Of a stretch of 64,000 nucleotides of DNA, positions 38,953 to 50,012 are shown piece by piece. This DNA is from Alphaproteobacteria bacterium (GTDB taxonomy: Bacteria; Pseudomonadota; Alphaproteobacteria; CAISOG01). Position numbers and translations under genes: made by a program. A model generated the notes under the pieces. The model did not search any database. It saw only the letters and a list, made by a program, of their open reading frames with translations, and had not been told where the DNA came from. The DNA lies in the NCBI GenBank assembly GCA_044375625.1, contig JBILMH010000002.1, positions 5,277-69,276 on the forward strand. Direction: 5' to 3'. The first letter of the stretch is position 1, and each line of letters opens with the position of its first letter.

Positions 38953-40818
38953 TTAGGACAACATTCGTTCGGGCAGCAACCATTGCAGGGCGGCTTTAAG
39001 AATATCAATGCCGTTGGTGGTTAACACCGATTCAATATGCCCCTGAAAGCTGCAAAAATTGGCGGAACGCAGCGCGCTGACATACCCATCCGCCTCCACC
39101 GCGATTTCTACCCCTTGGATGGGGGTGGCGGGCGAACGGGCGAAAAAGGTGTTGTAAAAGCCGACGGGCTGCACCTGCCCGAACAGATCCACGGTTTTCT
39201 GCACCCCCTGCCGTGGCGGATCAACCGGTGCAACCGCCAGCCCCAGGCGGAGAGAGAGCACCTGATGCCCCAGGCAGATTGCCATAAATTTGGCTTGGGC
39301 GGTCAACAAATGCCCGACAATATCATGCACCCGCTGCATTTTGGGATCATGCAGATCGGTGGGATCCCCCGGCCCTGGTCCCACCAGCACCAGGTCAAAA
39401 CCCGCCAAAAACTCCGCCTCAACGGGCACATTTGCCCACCTGCACAATCGGGTCTGCAAGCCCAAACGATCAAACATATGCTTTAGCATTTGGGTAAATT
39501 GGTCTTCGTTGTCGATAATCAGCACGCTGGCTTGGCAAAAAGGCCTGCCTGTTGTATCCGCCGCCGCCGTTTGCTTTTCAAACCAAAAGCGTGACAGCAG
39601 GCGGTTACGCGCCGCCAACACCTGTGCCACCTGATCATCCATAAATTGTGCCAACACGGGTTGCGGTGGGGTCAAATTGGGGGTGGTAATGGCGCGCAAC
39701 AACCCCTGTGCCTTTGCCTCAATCTCCAACCGCTCCTTATGCGGCACCGAATCGCGCACAATGCTGGCGCCGCTTTGGATAATCGCCTGGCCATCCAACC
39801 CGACCTCCATCGTGCGGATGGTAATCGCGCTGTCCAGTTGCGGCTTGCCCTCAGCATCCTGGCTGCGCACCACAATCGCGCTGGAATAATAGCGCCTGGA
39901 ATCCTGCTCATATTTCTTAATAATGCGGGCGGCGTTTTGCAGCGGGCTTCCCACCATGGTGGGTGCAAACATCGATGCGCGAAAGGCATCCACGGGATCC
40001 ATCGTGGTTTGGCCAGCCAGCACATATTCGGTATGCAACACCGCGCTCATTTCCCTAAGGAATGGCCCCTGAATCTCACCCCCCGCGACGCAAATGGCCG
40101 ACATCATCTTAAGTGTTTCATCAACAACCTGAAACAACTCATTGATTTCCTTTGGGTCGTTCAGAAATTGCAGCAGATCGTCGCGGCTGTGCAGGGTCGA
40201 TTTGGGCAGCGTGCCGCAAATCGGATTCATCTGCACCAGGCCATTTTCGATGCGGATATGCCGTTCGGGAGATGACCCAATGAAATATCGGTCGCCATCA
40301 AAAAAGCAAAAGCTCATATAGGCGCCAAATTCATTGCTGGCCAGGCGGGCAAAAATCAGATGCGCCGTGGCGGCACTGAATGGCGCGATACGCAACCGCC
40401 CCCTGCGCGACAGCAAAAAGTTTGACCCCTCCCCCCTACAGATTTCGTTGGCAATAATCTGGGCAACCGCCTGTTCAAATTCCTGATTGCTAAGGGCGTA
40501 ATGGGGGCCATCGACAATTTGCGGCAGGTCGTCACCCCCCCCCATCAACTGATCCAACCCTATATCCACCACCCGATCCGCCCGCAGGGAGATAATCGGC
40601 TCACCCCCGTCATGCAGGTCAAAGCCACGCTCACGCATTTGGGCATAGGGTACCATGCTGATAACGGGGTTGGCCGCCGTGGCGGTGGGCAGCTCAGTCA
40701 GCAGCTGGTGCCGATGCAGCGTGCCAGGTAGATAGCGGGTCTTGCCATCCTGATGAATCAGGCAATAGGGGGTGGCAGGGTCGATGGATTGTGGGGAGAG
40801 AGGCAAAGGGGCGGACAT
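38953..40818 (-). CDS. Fused chorismate-utilising enzyme (MST family) plus class I glutamine amidotransferase; TrpE(G)/PhzE-like
   Basis: Chorismate-binding motifs IGSSPERHI, NPICGT, GASIVRDSVPHKE. C-terminal GATase with catalytic Cys in MAICLGHQ and a His/Glu region. 621 aa. No other trp/pab/phz genes nearby. Confidence 0.75.
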   Translation of the reverse strand: MSAPLPLSPQSIDPATPYCLIHQDGKTRYLPGTLHRHQLLTELPTATAANPVISMVPYAQMRERGFDLHDGGEPIISLRADRVVDIGLDQLMGGGDDLPQIVDGPHYALSNQEFEQAVAQIIANEICRGEGSNFLLSRRGRLRIAPFSAATAHLIFARLASNEFGAYMSFCFFDGDRYFIGSSPERHIRIENGLVQMNPICGTLPKSTLHSRDDLLQFLNDPKEINELFQVVDETLKMMSAICVAGGEIQGPFLREMSAVLHTEYVLAGQTTMDPVDAFRASMFAPTMVGSPLQNAARIIKKYEQDSRRYYSSAIVVRSQDAEGKPQLDSAITIRTMEVGLDGQAIIQSGASIVRDSVPHKERLEIEAKAQGLLRAITTPNLTPPQPVLAQFMDDQVAQVLAARNRLLSRFWFEKQTAAADTTGRPFCQASVLIIDNEDQFTQMLKHMFDRLGLQTRLCRWANVPVEAEFLAGFDLVLVGPGPGDPTDLHDPKMQRVHDIVGHLLTAQAKFMAICLGHQVLSLRLGLAVAPVDPPRQGVQKTVDLFGQVQPVGFYNTFFARSPATPIQGVEIAVEADGYVSALRSANFCSFQGHIESVLTTNGIDILKAALQWLLPERMLS

Positions 40819-40904
40819 CGGTAAATTCTCAAGGGTATTTTAGACGGTAAGGCACTTCATTAAGCCAATACAAAAGCGGCAGGGATGTGAAGTTGCCCTA
40901 CCCT

Positions 40905-41933
40905 CTAACTGGCGGGCAGCGCGGGCAGCCAGCCCATAACCACCAGTACGATCGCCGTTCCCACCAGCCAAATCAGGGAGAAGGGCAAAAACACTTTCCA
41001 CCCCAACCGCATCAGCTGGTCATAGCGATAGCGTGGCACGGCGGCGCGTACCAGGATGAACAGCAGCAAAAACAAGCTGGTTTTCAGCGCCAGCCAGATG
41101 GGCCCAGGCACCCATGTAAACGGCTCGATATTCAGCGGCGGCAACCAACCGCCCAGGAACAATATCGCCGTCAGCGCGCTCATCAATATCAAATTGGCGT
41201 ATTCAGCCAGGAAAAATAGGCCAAAGGTCAGGGCGGAATATTCGACGAAATAGCCCGCGACCAACTCCGACTCCCCCTCAGGCAAATCAAAGGGCGTGCG
41301 CTTAGTCTCCGCCAGCATCGACACGAAAAAGATAATTAGTAGGGGAAAATGCGGCACCACGAACCACAGATTTTTCTGCGCCATCACAATATCGCTAAGG
41401 TTTAGCGACCCAACGCTTAACAGCACGCTGACCAACACAAATCCTATCGACACTTCATAGGACACCATTTGCGCGGCGGAGCGCAACGCGCCCAAAAAGG
41501 CGTATTTGGAATTGCTAGCCCAGCCCGCGATGATCACCCCGTAAACCGACAGCGACGAAATGGCGAACAAATACAGCAGACCAACGTTGATGTCGGCCAA
41601 CACCACCCCCTGGTCAAAGGGCATCACCGCCCAGGCAATCAGCGACAACACAAAGGTCAGAATCGGGGCAAACAGAAACAGCAGGCGGTTGGCCGTGGTC
41701 GGAACGATGGTTTCCTTGGTCAGCATTTTCAGCCCATCGGCCAACGGCTGAAACAGGCCAAAGGGCCCCACCACATTGGGCCCACGGCGCAGGTGAACCG
41801 CGCTTAAGACCTTACGCTCTACATAGGTTAACAGTGCGACCGCCACCAACAGCGGCAGGATAATGACCAACGACCACAGCCCGCTGTGCACAACGGGCAG
41901 GCCATAGCTGATCCAAAAGGGTGTATCGAACAT
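40905..41933 (-). CDS. nuoH: NADH-quinone oxidoreductase subunit H
   Basis: 8-TM ND1 family, conserved SxYSALxGxLR-like region. Confidence 0.9.
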   Translation of the reverse strand: MFDTPFWISYGLPVVHSGLWSLVIILPLLVAVALLTYVERKVLSAVHLRRGPNVVGPFGLFQPLADGLKMLTKETIVPTTANRLLFLFAPILTFVLSLIAWAVMPFDQGVVLADINVGLLYLFAISSLSVYGVIIAGWASNSKYAFLGALRSAAQMVSYEVSIGFVLVSVLLSVGSLNLSDIVMAQKNLWFVVPHFPLLIIFFVSMLAETKRTPFDLPEGESELVAGYFVEYSALTFGLFFLAEYANLILMSALTAILFLGGWLPPLNIEPFTWVPGPIWLALKTSLFLLLFILVRAAVPRYRYDQLMRLGWKVFLPFSLIWLVGTAIVLVVMGWLPALPAS

Positions 41934-41948
41934 GGGGATATCTCCTGA

Positions 41949-44027
41949 CTAGGCCGTCGCCTTTTTGCCCAGCACGAAGGCTTCGGTGCATTTGGCCATG
42001 GTTTCGGAATTGCGGCTGATAACATCGGTCATGTAGTAATTGTTGATGACGGGCACCATTGGCGTGTCGATCAGACGGCCAGGCTGCCCAAAGCTTTGCC
42101 ATGGCGTAGGTTGCGCCGTGTCAAGCTGGCTGAACAGCGGATCAAAGGCCTTGGCCAAAGCCAATCGCACCTCAGCCAAATCGTTATAGGGCAGGGTTTG
42201 GCCAATCCGTTCCGATAGGGCGCGCAGGATTTTCCAATCCTCCCGCGCTTCGCCTGGTGGCAAAATCGCCTGCTGCGTGCTTTGCAAACGCCCCTCAGTA
42301 TTTTTGTACCAGCCCGTCTTTTCGGTATAGGCCGCGCCTGGCAGCACCACATCGGCCGCCGCCGCGCCCGCATCGCCATGATGCCCCTGGTACACCACAA
42401 AGCTGGAATTGCGCAGCTTGGATAGGTCTTCAGCGAGCAGGTCATCGACGCCCATCAGGTACAACAGCTTAATTTTGCCAGCCGCCGCCTCAGCCATTAT
42501 CTCACCCACGCCAATTTTGGCATCCTGCGGCACAAAGCCTAGATCCAGCCCTGCCACCCGCGATGCGGCGGTGTGCAACAGATTAAAGCCGTTCCAACCA
42601 TCACGGACAAAAGCGTATTTGTCGGCCACAGCATAGGCGGTGTGCAGAATCGCCGCGCCGTCGGGGCGGTTGATGGCGCCGCCACCCAAAATCAGGGCGG
42701 GACGCTGCGCCGCCTTTAGCTGCTCAACAAAAGGATGCTGCCCGCTCAACACATCCTGCAGTCCCAGGGGGCTGCGCCCCATATGCTGATAGGGATAATT
42801 CAGTTGGGGGGCAACGCCAATCACCCCAATCGGGAAACTGCCCATACCGCTGCGCAAATAGGCCTTGCGCAGGCGGGCATTGATCATGGGGGCTTCCCAC
42901 CGTGGGTTGGTGCCGACCAGCAGCAAGGCATCGGCCTGCTCAATCCCCGCAATCCCGCTGTTAAACAGATAGCTCGCTCGTACCCCAGGCAGCAATTTGG
43001 CGCCATCGGTGCGGCAATCCAAATAGGGGCTACGCAACCGTTCGCCAAACAATTTTTTGGCCAGGAACATGGTTTCGGCATCAACCATTGCCCCCGCCAG
43101 CACGGCGATTTCATCCCCTTTCAGGCCATCCAGGCTGCGGGCAATCGCGGCAAAAGCCTCATCCCAGCTGGCCTCAACCAACCGTCCATTTTTGCGAACA
43201 TAGGGGCGATCCAACCGTTGGCGTTTTAAGCCGTCGCAGGCATGGCGGGTCTTATCGGCAATCCACTCCTCATTAACATCCTCATGCAGGCGGGGCAGGA
43301 TCCGCATCACCTCAGCCCCCTTGCTGTCAATCCGAATATTGCTGCCCACGGCATCGAGCACATCAATCGATTCAGTCTTTTTCAGCTCCCACGGGCGCGC
43401 CTTAAAGGCATAGGGTTTGCTGGTCAACGCGCCAACGGGGCACAGATCCACAATATTGCCCGACAATTCGGTATTAATCGCCTGCTCCACATAGGTGGCA
43501 ATTTCCATTTTTTCACCACGGTTCAGCGCCCCCAGCTCCGACATCCCCGCCACCTCTGTCGCAAAGCGCACACAACGGGTGCAGTGGATGCAGCGGGTCA
43601 TGATGGTTTTGACCAAGGGCCCCATGTTTTTATCGGTCACCGCCCGCTTGGCCTCACGATAGCGGCTGCGGTCAAAGCCAAAGGCCATGGCCTCATCCTG
43701 CAAATCACACTCACCGCCCTGGTCACAGATGGGGCAATCCAGCGGGTGGTTGATTAACAAAAATTCCATCACCCCGGCACGGTCTTTTTTAACCTGTTCA
43801 CTGTCGGTTCTGATAACCATGCCATCGGCCACCGGCATGGCGCAACTGGCCACGGGTTTGGGCGATTTTTCCATCTCTACCAGGCACATACGGCAGTTGC
43901 CCGCAATCGCCAGCCGATCGTGATAGCAAAAATGCGGTATCTCAATACCCTGCAGCTGACAAGCCTGCATCACCGTGATACCAAAAGGCACCTCGATCTC
44001 AACACCATTGATGGTTAATTTCGGCAT
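41949..44027 (-). CDS. nuoG: NADH-quinone oxidoreductase subunit G
   Basis: N-terminal 2Fe-2S and 4Fe-4S cysteine clusters (CYHDRLAIAGNCRMCLVE), molybdopterin-like domain. Confidence 0.9.
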   Translation of the reverse strand: MPKLTINGVEIEVPFGITVMQACQLQGIEIPHFCYHDRLAIAGNCRMCLVEMEKSPKPVASCAMPVADGMVIRTDSEQVKKDRAGVMEFLLINHPLDCPICDQGGECDLQDEAMAFGFDRSRYREAKRAVTDKNMGPLVKTIMTRCIHCTRCVRFATEVAGMSELGALNRGEKMEIATYVEQAINTELSGNIVDLCPVGALTSKPYAFKARPWELKKTESIDVLDAVGSNIRIDSKGAEVMRILPRLHEDVNEEWIADKTRHACDGLKRQRLDRPYVRKNGRLVEASWDEAFAAIARSLDGLKGDEIAVLAGAMVDAETMFLAKKLFGERLRSPYLDCRTDGAKLLPGVRASYLFNSGIAGIEQADALLLVGTNPRWEAPMINARLRKAYLRSGMGSFPIGVIGVAPQLNYPYQHMGRSPLGLQDVLSGQHPFVEQLKAAQRPALILGGGAINRPDGAAILHTAYAVADKYAFVRDGWNGFNLLHTAASRVAGLDLGFVPQDAKIGVGEIMAEAAAGKIKLLYLMGVDDLLAEDLSKLRNSSFVVYQGHHGDAGAAAADVVLPGAAYTEKTGWYKNTEGRLQSTQQAILPPGEAREDWKILRALSERIGQTLPYNDLAEVRLALAKAFDPLFSQLDTAQPTPWQSFGQPGRLIDTPMVPVINNYYMTDVISRNSETMAKCTEAFVLGKKATA

Positions 44028-44132
44028 CTAAATAACCCCTTCCCCAACAATCTGGGGAAACTGAAAGATTGTCGCCTTAATCTAGCGCGGTTGCCGCTTA
44101 AGCTCAACTGTCAATTGCTAAGGGCACCTTGC

Positions 44133-45443
44133 TTAGGCTGCCACCCGCCCCTTAGTCAGTTTAGGCTTTTTGCTGTTCAGCGCGGCTTGCTGCAAAATAC
44201 GTTCCTCAACCATTGGGCGGAAATGGCGCAACAAGCCCTGCACCGGCCAGGCCGCCGCATCGCCAAATAAGCAGATGGTGTGCCCCTCAATCTGCCTCGC
44301 CACCTGTTCCAGCACGTCAATCTCACCCAGATCGGCCTCGCCCTTAGCAATCCGATCCATCATCCGCCACAACCACCCCGTCCCCTCACGGCATGGGGTG
44401 CATTGGCCACAACTTTCGTGTTTGTAGAAATAGGATAGGCGGGCAATGGCGCGAATTAGGTCGGTGGATTTGTCCATCACAATTACCCCCGCCGTGCCCA
44501 GTCCGCTACGCACCTCCCGCAGGCTATCAAAATTCATCAACACGGTGTCGCAAATCTCCCGCGGGATCAGGGGTGATGAGGATCCGCCAGGGATAACCGC
44601 CAACAAATTGTCCCAACCGCCGCGCACGCCGCCCGCGTGTTTTTCAATCAAATCGCGTAGGGGGATGCCCATTTCTTCTTCAACATTGCAGGGTTTGTTG
44701 ACATGGCCAGAGATGCAAAAAATCTTGCTGCCAGTATTTTTGGGTTGCCCCAGCCCCGCAAACCAGGCTGCGCCCCGCCGCAAAATGGTTGGCGTGACCG
44801 CAATGGTTTCAACATTGTTGACAGTGCTGGGACAGCCGTATAGGCCAGCGTTGGCGGGAAATGGTGGTTTCAGGCGCGGTTGCCCCTTGCGCCCTTCCAG
44901 GCTTTCCAGCAGCGCCGTCTCCTCCCCACAAATATAGGCGCCCGCGCCGCGATGCAGGACGATGTCGCAATCCCAGCCGCTTTTGCAGGCATTTTTGCCG
45001 ATTAATCCCGCCGCATAGGCCTCATCAATCGCCTGTTGCAGATGCAAGGCCTCGGTGTAGTACTCACCACGAATATAGATGTAACAGGCCTTTGCCCCGA
45101 TGGCGAAACTGGCAATCAGGCAACCTTCCAGCAGCAGGTGGGGATCAAAGCGCAGGATGTCACGATCCTTGCAGGTGCCAGGCTCACTTTCGTCGGCATT
45201 AACCACCAGATAGTGTGGACGCTCCGACTCCTTCGGCATAAATGACCATTTCATGCCAGTTGGAAAGCCTGCCCCGCCGCGCCCACGCAAATCGGAATTT
45301 TTGATTTCGGCGATAATCGCGTCACGACCACGCGCCAACAGCCCCTTGGTATCGTCCCAAATGCCGCGCGCGCGTGCGCCCGCCAGCCGCCAGTCATCCT
45401 GGCCATACAGATTCAAAAAAATGCGATCTTGGGGTTTCAGCAT
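44133..45443 (-). CDS. nuoF: NADH-quinone oxidoreductase subunit F
   Basis: [20 protein letters not shown] motif, C-terminal 4Fe-4[11 protein letters not shown]. Confidence 0.9.
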   Translation of the reverse strand: MLKPQDRIFLNLYGQDDWRLAGARARGIWDDTKGLLARGRDAIIAEIKNSDLRGRGGAGFPTGMKWSFMPKESERPHYLVVNADESEPGTCKDRDILRFDPHLLLEGCLIASFAIGAKACYIYIRGEYYTEALHLQQAIDEAYAAGLIGKNACKSGWDCDIVLHRGAGAYICGEETALLESLEGRKGQPRLKPPFPANAGLYGCPSTVNNVETIAVTPTILRRGAAWFAGLGQPKNTGSKIFCISGHVNKPCNVEEEMGIPLRDLIEKHAGGVRGGWDNLLAVIPGGSSSPLIPREICDTVLMNFDSLREVRSGLGTAGVIVMDKSTDLIRAIARLSYFYKHESCGQCTPCREGTGWLWRMMDRIAKGEADLGEIDVLEQVARQIEGHTICLFGDAAAWPVQGLLRHFRPMVEERILQQAALNSKKPKLTKGRVAA

Positions 45444-45459
45444 GGTTGGGTCTTAGCGG

Positions 45460-46182
45460 CTAGGAAGGGTTTTTGGGGGTGGTTTTTGCAGATATTTTGG
45501 GGGCGGCTTTGGGGGAAGCGGGTTTTTTGCTGGCCGACCCCGTTTTGCCAACAGGCTCAGCAGGCTTTGCCTGACTATCCCCAGCTTGGCTACTGGCCGT
45601 CAGCATCCCCTCAGGCGCGCTGCCCTGGCGGCCAATTTGGCTACCGACAGGAATCTCCTCCCCACGGCTAAGGGCATCCAACAGGGCGGTGGTGCGATCC
45701 CCATCCAAATCCTCAACAAACCAGTCGTTAACCTGGATCATGGGGGCGTTGACGCAGGCGCCCAGGCACTCCACCTCCTCCATCGTGAACAGGCCGTTTT
45801 TGGTGGTCTGGTTAAAATCGATCCCCAATTTATCGCGGCAAGCCTTAACCACCGCATCACTGCCGCGCAGCCAGCAGGGGGTGGTGGTGCAAATTTGCAA
45901 CAGGTATTTGCCGACGGGCTGCTGCTTAAACATCGTGTAGAACGTGACCACCTCCAACACCCGCATATAGGGCATGGCTAAGAAATCGGCGACATATTCA
46001 ATCGCCACCCGTGGCAACCAGCCCTCCGATTGCCGTTGCGCCAGATCCAACAGCGGCAACACCGCGCTGGCTTGGCGCCCTTCGGGGTATTTGGCCACAA
46101 ACGCCTTGGCCTTAGCCAAATTGTCGGCGTTAAAGACAAAGGATGTTGGCTCAGCAACATTTGACACTGGTGCAGCGGTCAT
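45460..46182 (-). CDS. nuoE: NADH-quinone oxidoreductase subunit E with Ala/Pro/Lys-rich C-terminal extension
   Basis: 2Fe-2S thioredoxin-like fold ([12 protein letters not shown]...CLGACVNAP), ~70-aa low-complexity tail. Confidence 0.85.
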   Translation of the reverse strand: MTAAPVSNVAEPTSFVFNADNLAKAKAFVAKYPEGRQASAVLPLLDLAQRQSEGWLPRVAIEYVADFLAMPYMRVLEVVTFYTMFKQQPVGKYLLQICTTTPCWLRGSDAVVKACRDKLGIDFNQTTKNGLFTMEEVECLGACVNAPMIQVNDWFVEDLDGDRTTALLDALSRGEEIPVGSQIGRQGSAPEGMLTASSQAGDSQAKPAEPVGKTGSASKKPASPKAAPKISAKTTPKNPS

Positions 46183-47393
46183 CGATCAATCTCCCCAAAA
46201 ACCACGTCTAAACTGCCCAAAATGGCCACCAAATCGGCCAGCATGTGACCGTTGGAGATGGGACCCAAAATTTGCATAAACAAAAAGCCTGGCGCCTTAA
46301 TTTTGCATCGCCACGGCCGATTCGGCACGCTTTCATCCGCCACCAGAAACACCCCAAACTCACCCTTGGGCGCCTCCACCACTGTATAGGTTTCGCCAGC
46401 GGGCACATGGTACCCCTCGGTATACAGCTTAAAGTGATGAATCAAGGCCTCCATCGAGTGCTTCATGTCCGCCCGTTTTGGCGGAATAACCTTATGGTTG
46501 TCGGTCATCACCGCACCAGAGGGCAACTGCTCCACACACTGCTGCACAATCCTAAGGCTTTGGCGCATCTCCGCCATTCGCACCAGATAGCGGGCATAAC
46601 AGTCGCCATCGTCGCTGACGGGAATATCGAATTCCAGCCGATCATAAACGTCATAGGGTTGGGTGCGGCGTAGATCCCAGGCGTGGCCGCTGGCACGCAG
46701 CACGGGGCCACTCATGCCCCAGGCTAAGGCCTGCTCGCGGTCAATCACGCCAATATCCACCGTGCGCTGCTTAAAAATACGGTTGTCGGTTAGCAGCCGT
46801 TCAATGTCATCCAACACGGGCGGCAGGCGTTTGCAAAAAGCCAGAATATCGTCGGTCAACCCCTCAGGCAGATCCAAATGCACGCCGCCTGGGCGGAAAT
46901 AATTGGCATGCAGGCGGGCACCACAGACCCGCTCATAAAAGCTCATGATGATTTCCCGCTCCTCAAACCCCCACAGAAAGGGGGTCATCGCCCCAACGTC
47001 CAGGGCAAAGGTGGTGATATTCAACAAGTGGTTGGCAATGCGGGTTAATTCGGCAAACAGCACCCGAATGTATTGGCCACGCAACGGCACCTCAATCCCC
47101 ATCAGCTTTTCCACCGCCAGGGCAAAGGCATGCTCCTGACACATCGGGGAGACATAGTCCAGGCGGTCAAAATAGGGAATCGCCTGCAAATAGGTTTTGT
47201 GCTCAATCAGCTTTTCGGTGCCGCGGTGCAGAAAGCCGATGTGGGGATCCACCCGCTGCACCAATTCCCCATCCAATTCCATCACCAGGCGCAACACGCC
47301 GTGCGCGGCCGGGTGTTGGGGGCCAAAATTAAAGGTAAAGGCGCGCTCACTGGCGGGCAGGCCTGGAATCAGCTCTTCGGTTAACGATGCCAT
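46179..47393 (-). CDS. nuoD: NADH-quinone oxidoreductase subunit D
   Basis: 49-kDa subunit; [14 protein letters not shown]-terminal [20 protein letters not shown]. Confidence 0.9.
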   Translation of the reverse strand: MASLTEELIPGLPASERAFTFNFGPQHPAAHGVLRLVMELDGELVQRVDPHIGFLHRGTEKLIEHKTYLQAIPYFDRLDYVSPMCQEHAFALAVEKLMGIEVPLRGQYIRVLFAELTRIANHLLNITTFALDVGAMTPFLWGFEEREIIMSFYERVCGARLHANYFRPGGVHLDLPEGLTDDILAFCKRLPPVLDDIERLLTDNRIFKQRTVDIGVIDREQALAWGMSGPVLRASGHAWDLRRTQPYDVYDRLEFDIPVSDDGDCYARYLVRMAEMRQSLRIVQQCVEQLPSGAVMTDNHKVIPPKRADMKHSMEALIHHFKLYTEGYHVPAGETYTVVEAPKGEFGVFLVADESVPNRPWRCKIKAPGFLFMQILGPISNGHMLADLVAILGSLDVVFGEIDR

Positions 47394-47395
47394 GG

Positions 47396-48067
47396 CTATA
47401 CAGCTTTGCTAGAGGGTGGGGGGGATGCGCTTGGGGTGGCGGGCTGGTCAGCCTTTTCATCACCAGGCAGCAGGTGGTTCATACCGTCCCAAGGGCTAAG
47501 GAAATCAAAGCTTCGATAATCCTGGCTCAGCTTCACCGCCTCATACACCACGCGCTTCTGCTCATCATCATAGCGCACTTCGACAAAGCCCGTCAGGGGA
47601 AAATCTTTGCGCAGCGGGTGCCCCTCAAACCCATAATCGGTCAGGATGCGGCGCAGGTCGGGGTGATCGCTGAAAACAATGCCATACAGATCCCATGCCT
47701 CCCGCTCCATCCAGTTGGCGCAGGGGTACAGCGGGGTGACGCTGGGCACCGCAGCCCCCTCCCCCACGGTCAGCTTAAGCCGAATCCGATGGTTCAGGCT
47801 GATGGACAACAGGTTGTACACCACCTCAAACCGTTCAGGCCGCTGGGGGTAATCCACCCCGCACAGCTCCACCAACTGCTCAAACTGGCAGCTGGGGTCG
47901 TCGCGCAGAAAAGTTAACAGCGGCAACAGGCCAGCGCTGGTGGTGTGCAAACACAGCTCACCCCGGCTCCAGCTGACAGCGGAGACCTTATCGGGCATAG
48001 ACTTGCAAACATGGTCGGCAAGAGTCTTGAGATTTTCAACGGTGGAAGTCATCATGTGCGGGCACAC
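47396..48067 (-). CDS. nuoC: NADH-quinone oxidoreductase subunit C (likely start ATG at 48055)
   Basis: 30-kDa subunit pattern, ~220 aa, immediately upstream of nuoD. Confidence 0.85.
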   Translation of the reverse strand: MCPHMMTSTVENLKTLADHVCKSMPDKVSAVSWSRGELCLHTTSAGLLPLLTFLRDDPSCQFEQLVELCGVDYPQRPERFEVVYNLLSISLNHRIRLKLTVGEGAAVPSVTPLYPCANWMEREAWDLYGIVFSDHPDLRRILTDYGFEGHPLRKDFPLTGFVEVRYDDEQKRVVYEAVKLSQDYRSFDFLSPWDGMNHLLPGDEKADQPATPSASPPPSSKAV

Positions 48068-48091
48068 CCCTAAGTTCTAGGAATCCACCTA

Positions 48092-48844
48092 ATGCATTAT
48101 CCACAATTTTGTCAAAAAGCTAGTGGCGAATTTTGCCATCCCACCGCGACGGTTTTCGTCATCGCCTTGCTGACCACCCTGTTCTGCCTGTTGTCGATAC
48201 AATGGCTGGATCTGCCCCTGACCCTGTGGATGGCGCAACAGAAAGAAAATCTCCCTGTTTTGCAGTCGTTTTTTAAGTTTGTCACCATGTTTGGTAAGGG
48301 TGTCGCCCTGATTGCACCCGCCCTGGCGATGGTTTTGGTGCTATGGTGGCTAGATCGCCGCGCCCATCAGCCATTGGCTAAGGGCATCAACAAATTTTTA
48401 TCAGAGAAAAAATTGTTGGATGAAAAGCGCCGCAAATTGTGGTTGCGCTGGAGCGTGCTGTTTTTGGCAGCCATGGTTGTTTCAGGCATTTTGGTCAATG
48501 TGCTGAAATTTCTTATCGGACGGCCGCGGCCTGAATTGTGGTTTAGCCAGGGATCTTATGGCTTTGACCCGCTTGCGCTGCATCACGCCTGGCACTCCCT
48601 GCCCTCTGGCCACTCCACCACGGCGGGGGCGTTGGCGGTTTTTGTTTGGCAGGCTGGGGGAATATGGCGTTATGCCGCCCTGCTCTACGCCCTGCTGATT
48701 GCCGCCAGCCGCCTGGTGCTGTTGCAACATTATCTGGCCGATGTGGTGGCGGGGTTGGTTTTTGGTGCGTTGGTCAGCTGGCTGCTGCTGCGGCGTTATC
48801 GCCCTGCCCCATCTTTATCGCCTAACATCCCATCAAAGTCTTAG
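48092..48844 (+). CDS. PAP2-family membrane phosphatase
   Basis: KxxxxxxRP (KFLIGRPRP), PSGHS, SRxxxxxHxxxD (ASRLVLLQHYLADV) motifs. Confidence 0.75.
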   Translation: MHYPQFCQKASGEFCHPTATVFVIALLTTLFCLLSIQWLDLPLTLWMAQQKENLPVLQSFFKFVTMFGKGVALIAPALAMVLVLWWLDRRAHQPLAKGINKFLSEKKLLDEKRRKLWLRWSVLFLAAMVVSGILVNVLKFLIGRPRPELWFSQGSYGFDPLALHHAWHSLPSGHSTTAGALAVFVWQAGGIWRYAALLYALLIAASRLVLLQHYLADVVAGLVFGALVSWLLLRRYRPAPSLSPNIPSKS

Positions 48845-48848
48845 CGGT

Positions 48849-50012
48849 ATGTTCCTGCAAACAGCCGAAACCCATTACAACCGCTATATCCTTAGGCAGC
48901 TTTGGAAAACAGGCGCAATGGTGCTGATTAGCCTGTTCATGGTGCTGTGGTTCAGCCAGTCACTTCGTTTTATTGAATTGGTGGTCAATCGCGGCCTACC
49001 ATTTTACATGGTTTTGGTGCTGTCACTGCAATGGTTGCCCAGCCTGTTGGTCATCCTGTTGCCGGTCAGTCAGATGATCACGCTGCTGCTGGTAATGCAG
49101 CGGATGATTGCCGATCACGAATGGGTAGTTTGGAATGCGGTGGGAACCCCACCCCGCACCCTGCTGCGCCCTTTTTTGCTATTTGGCATGGCGGGCACCA
49201 TCGTACTGGGACTATCCAACCTGTATCTGTTGCCTGTCAGCTACAACAGTTTTCGCGATTACCAAGATCGCCTGCGCGATAGTGTCCTAAGCCTGCAAGA
49301 GGGGACGTTTACCAACGCCCTGCCCAACATCACCGTTTTCGTCCGCCAACAAAATGGCAGCAGCAAATTTAATGGCCTGTTGATCCAGGATACCCGCAGC
49401 AGGCAGGAAACCGACACCATTTATGCCAGCAGTGGTGAGCTGTTGCGCACGTCAGAGGGGGTCATCCTGCGCATTTTCAATGGAACACGACAAAGCCTGA
49501 ACCTGACCACCAAAGAGCTGTCGCTGCTATCCTTTGCGGAATATCAGCTGAATCTCAGCGCGACCCTGGGTGGGTCTGGCAACAATACGGGCGGACGCAA
49601 CTCGGACGCTAAGGGGTTATCAACCCTTAGCCTGCTGCGTGCCAACGACGCTGGCATCAAACCTAGCCAGCTGCGTTCCTATCGCGCTGAGGCGCATCAG
49701 CGCATTATCGGCAGCTTTTTTCCGCTGTGCCTAACCCTGTTGATGTATTTTGGTCTGACCCAGGATTTGCGCACCCGCCACAACCGCACCCGAATTTTGC
49801 TGCGTGTCTGTGTAATCGGGGGGGTGTTTATGGTTATTGGCTATGGATTAAACGCCCTGAATGTTCGTGACAATCGATTCATCTGGATTTCCTATGGATT
49901 GGTCATCGGCACGCTATACGCCTGTTACCGATGGGGAAAAATCAGAATTGCTGCCCGCAGTTTCAAAATAGGGTACAACCCGTCATCATCCTTTCACCAT
50001 GGGCACCCCTGA
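48849..50012 (+). CDS. lptF: LPS export ABC permease LptF (start ATG 48849 inside the longer ORF)
   Basis: YILRQLW N-terminus typical of the LptF/LptG (YjgP/YjgQ) family, 6 TM plus periplasmic beta-jellyroll. Ends tgATG overlap with the next gene. Confidence 0.75.
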   Translation: MFLQTAETHYNRYILRQLWKTGAMVLISLFMVLWFSQSLRFIELVVNRGLPFYMVLVLSLQWLPSLLVILLPVSQMITLLLVMQRMIADHEWVVWNAVGTPPRTLLRPFLLFGMAGTIVLGLSNLYLLPVSYNSFRDYQDRLRDSVLSLQEGTFTNALPNITVFVRQQNGSSKFNGLLIQDTRSRQETDTIYASSGELLRTSEGVILRIFNGTRQSLNLTTKELSLLSFAEYQLNLSATLGGSGNNTGGRNSDAKGLSTLSLLRANDAGIKPSQLRSYRAEAHQRIIGSFFPLCLTLLMYFGLTQDLRTRHNRTRILLRVCVIGGVFMVIGYGLNALNVRDNRFIWISYGLVIGTLYACYRWGKIRIAARSFKIGYNPSSSFHHGHP

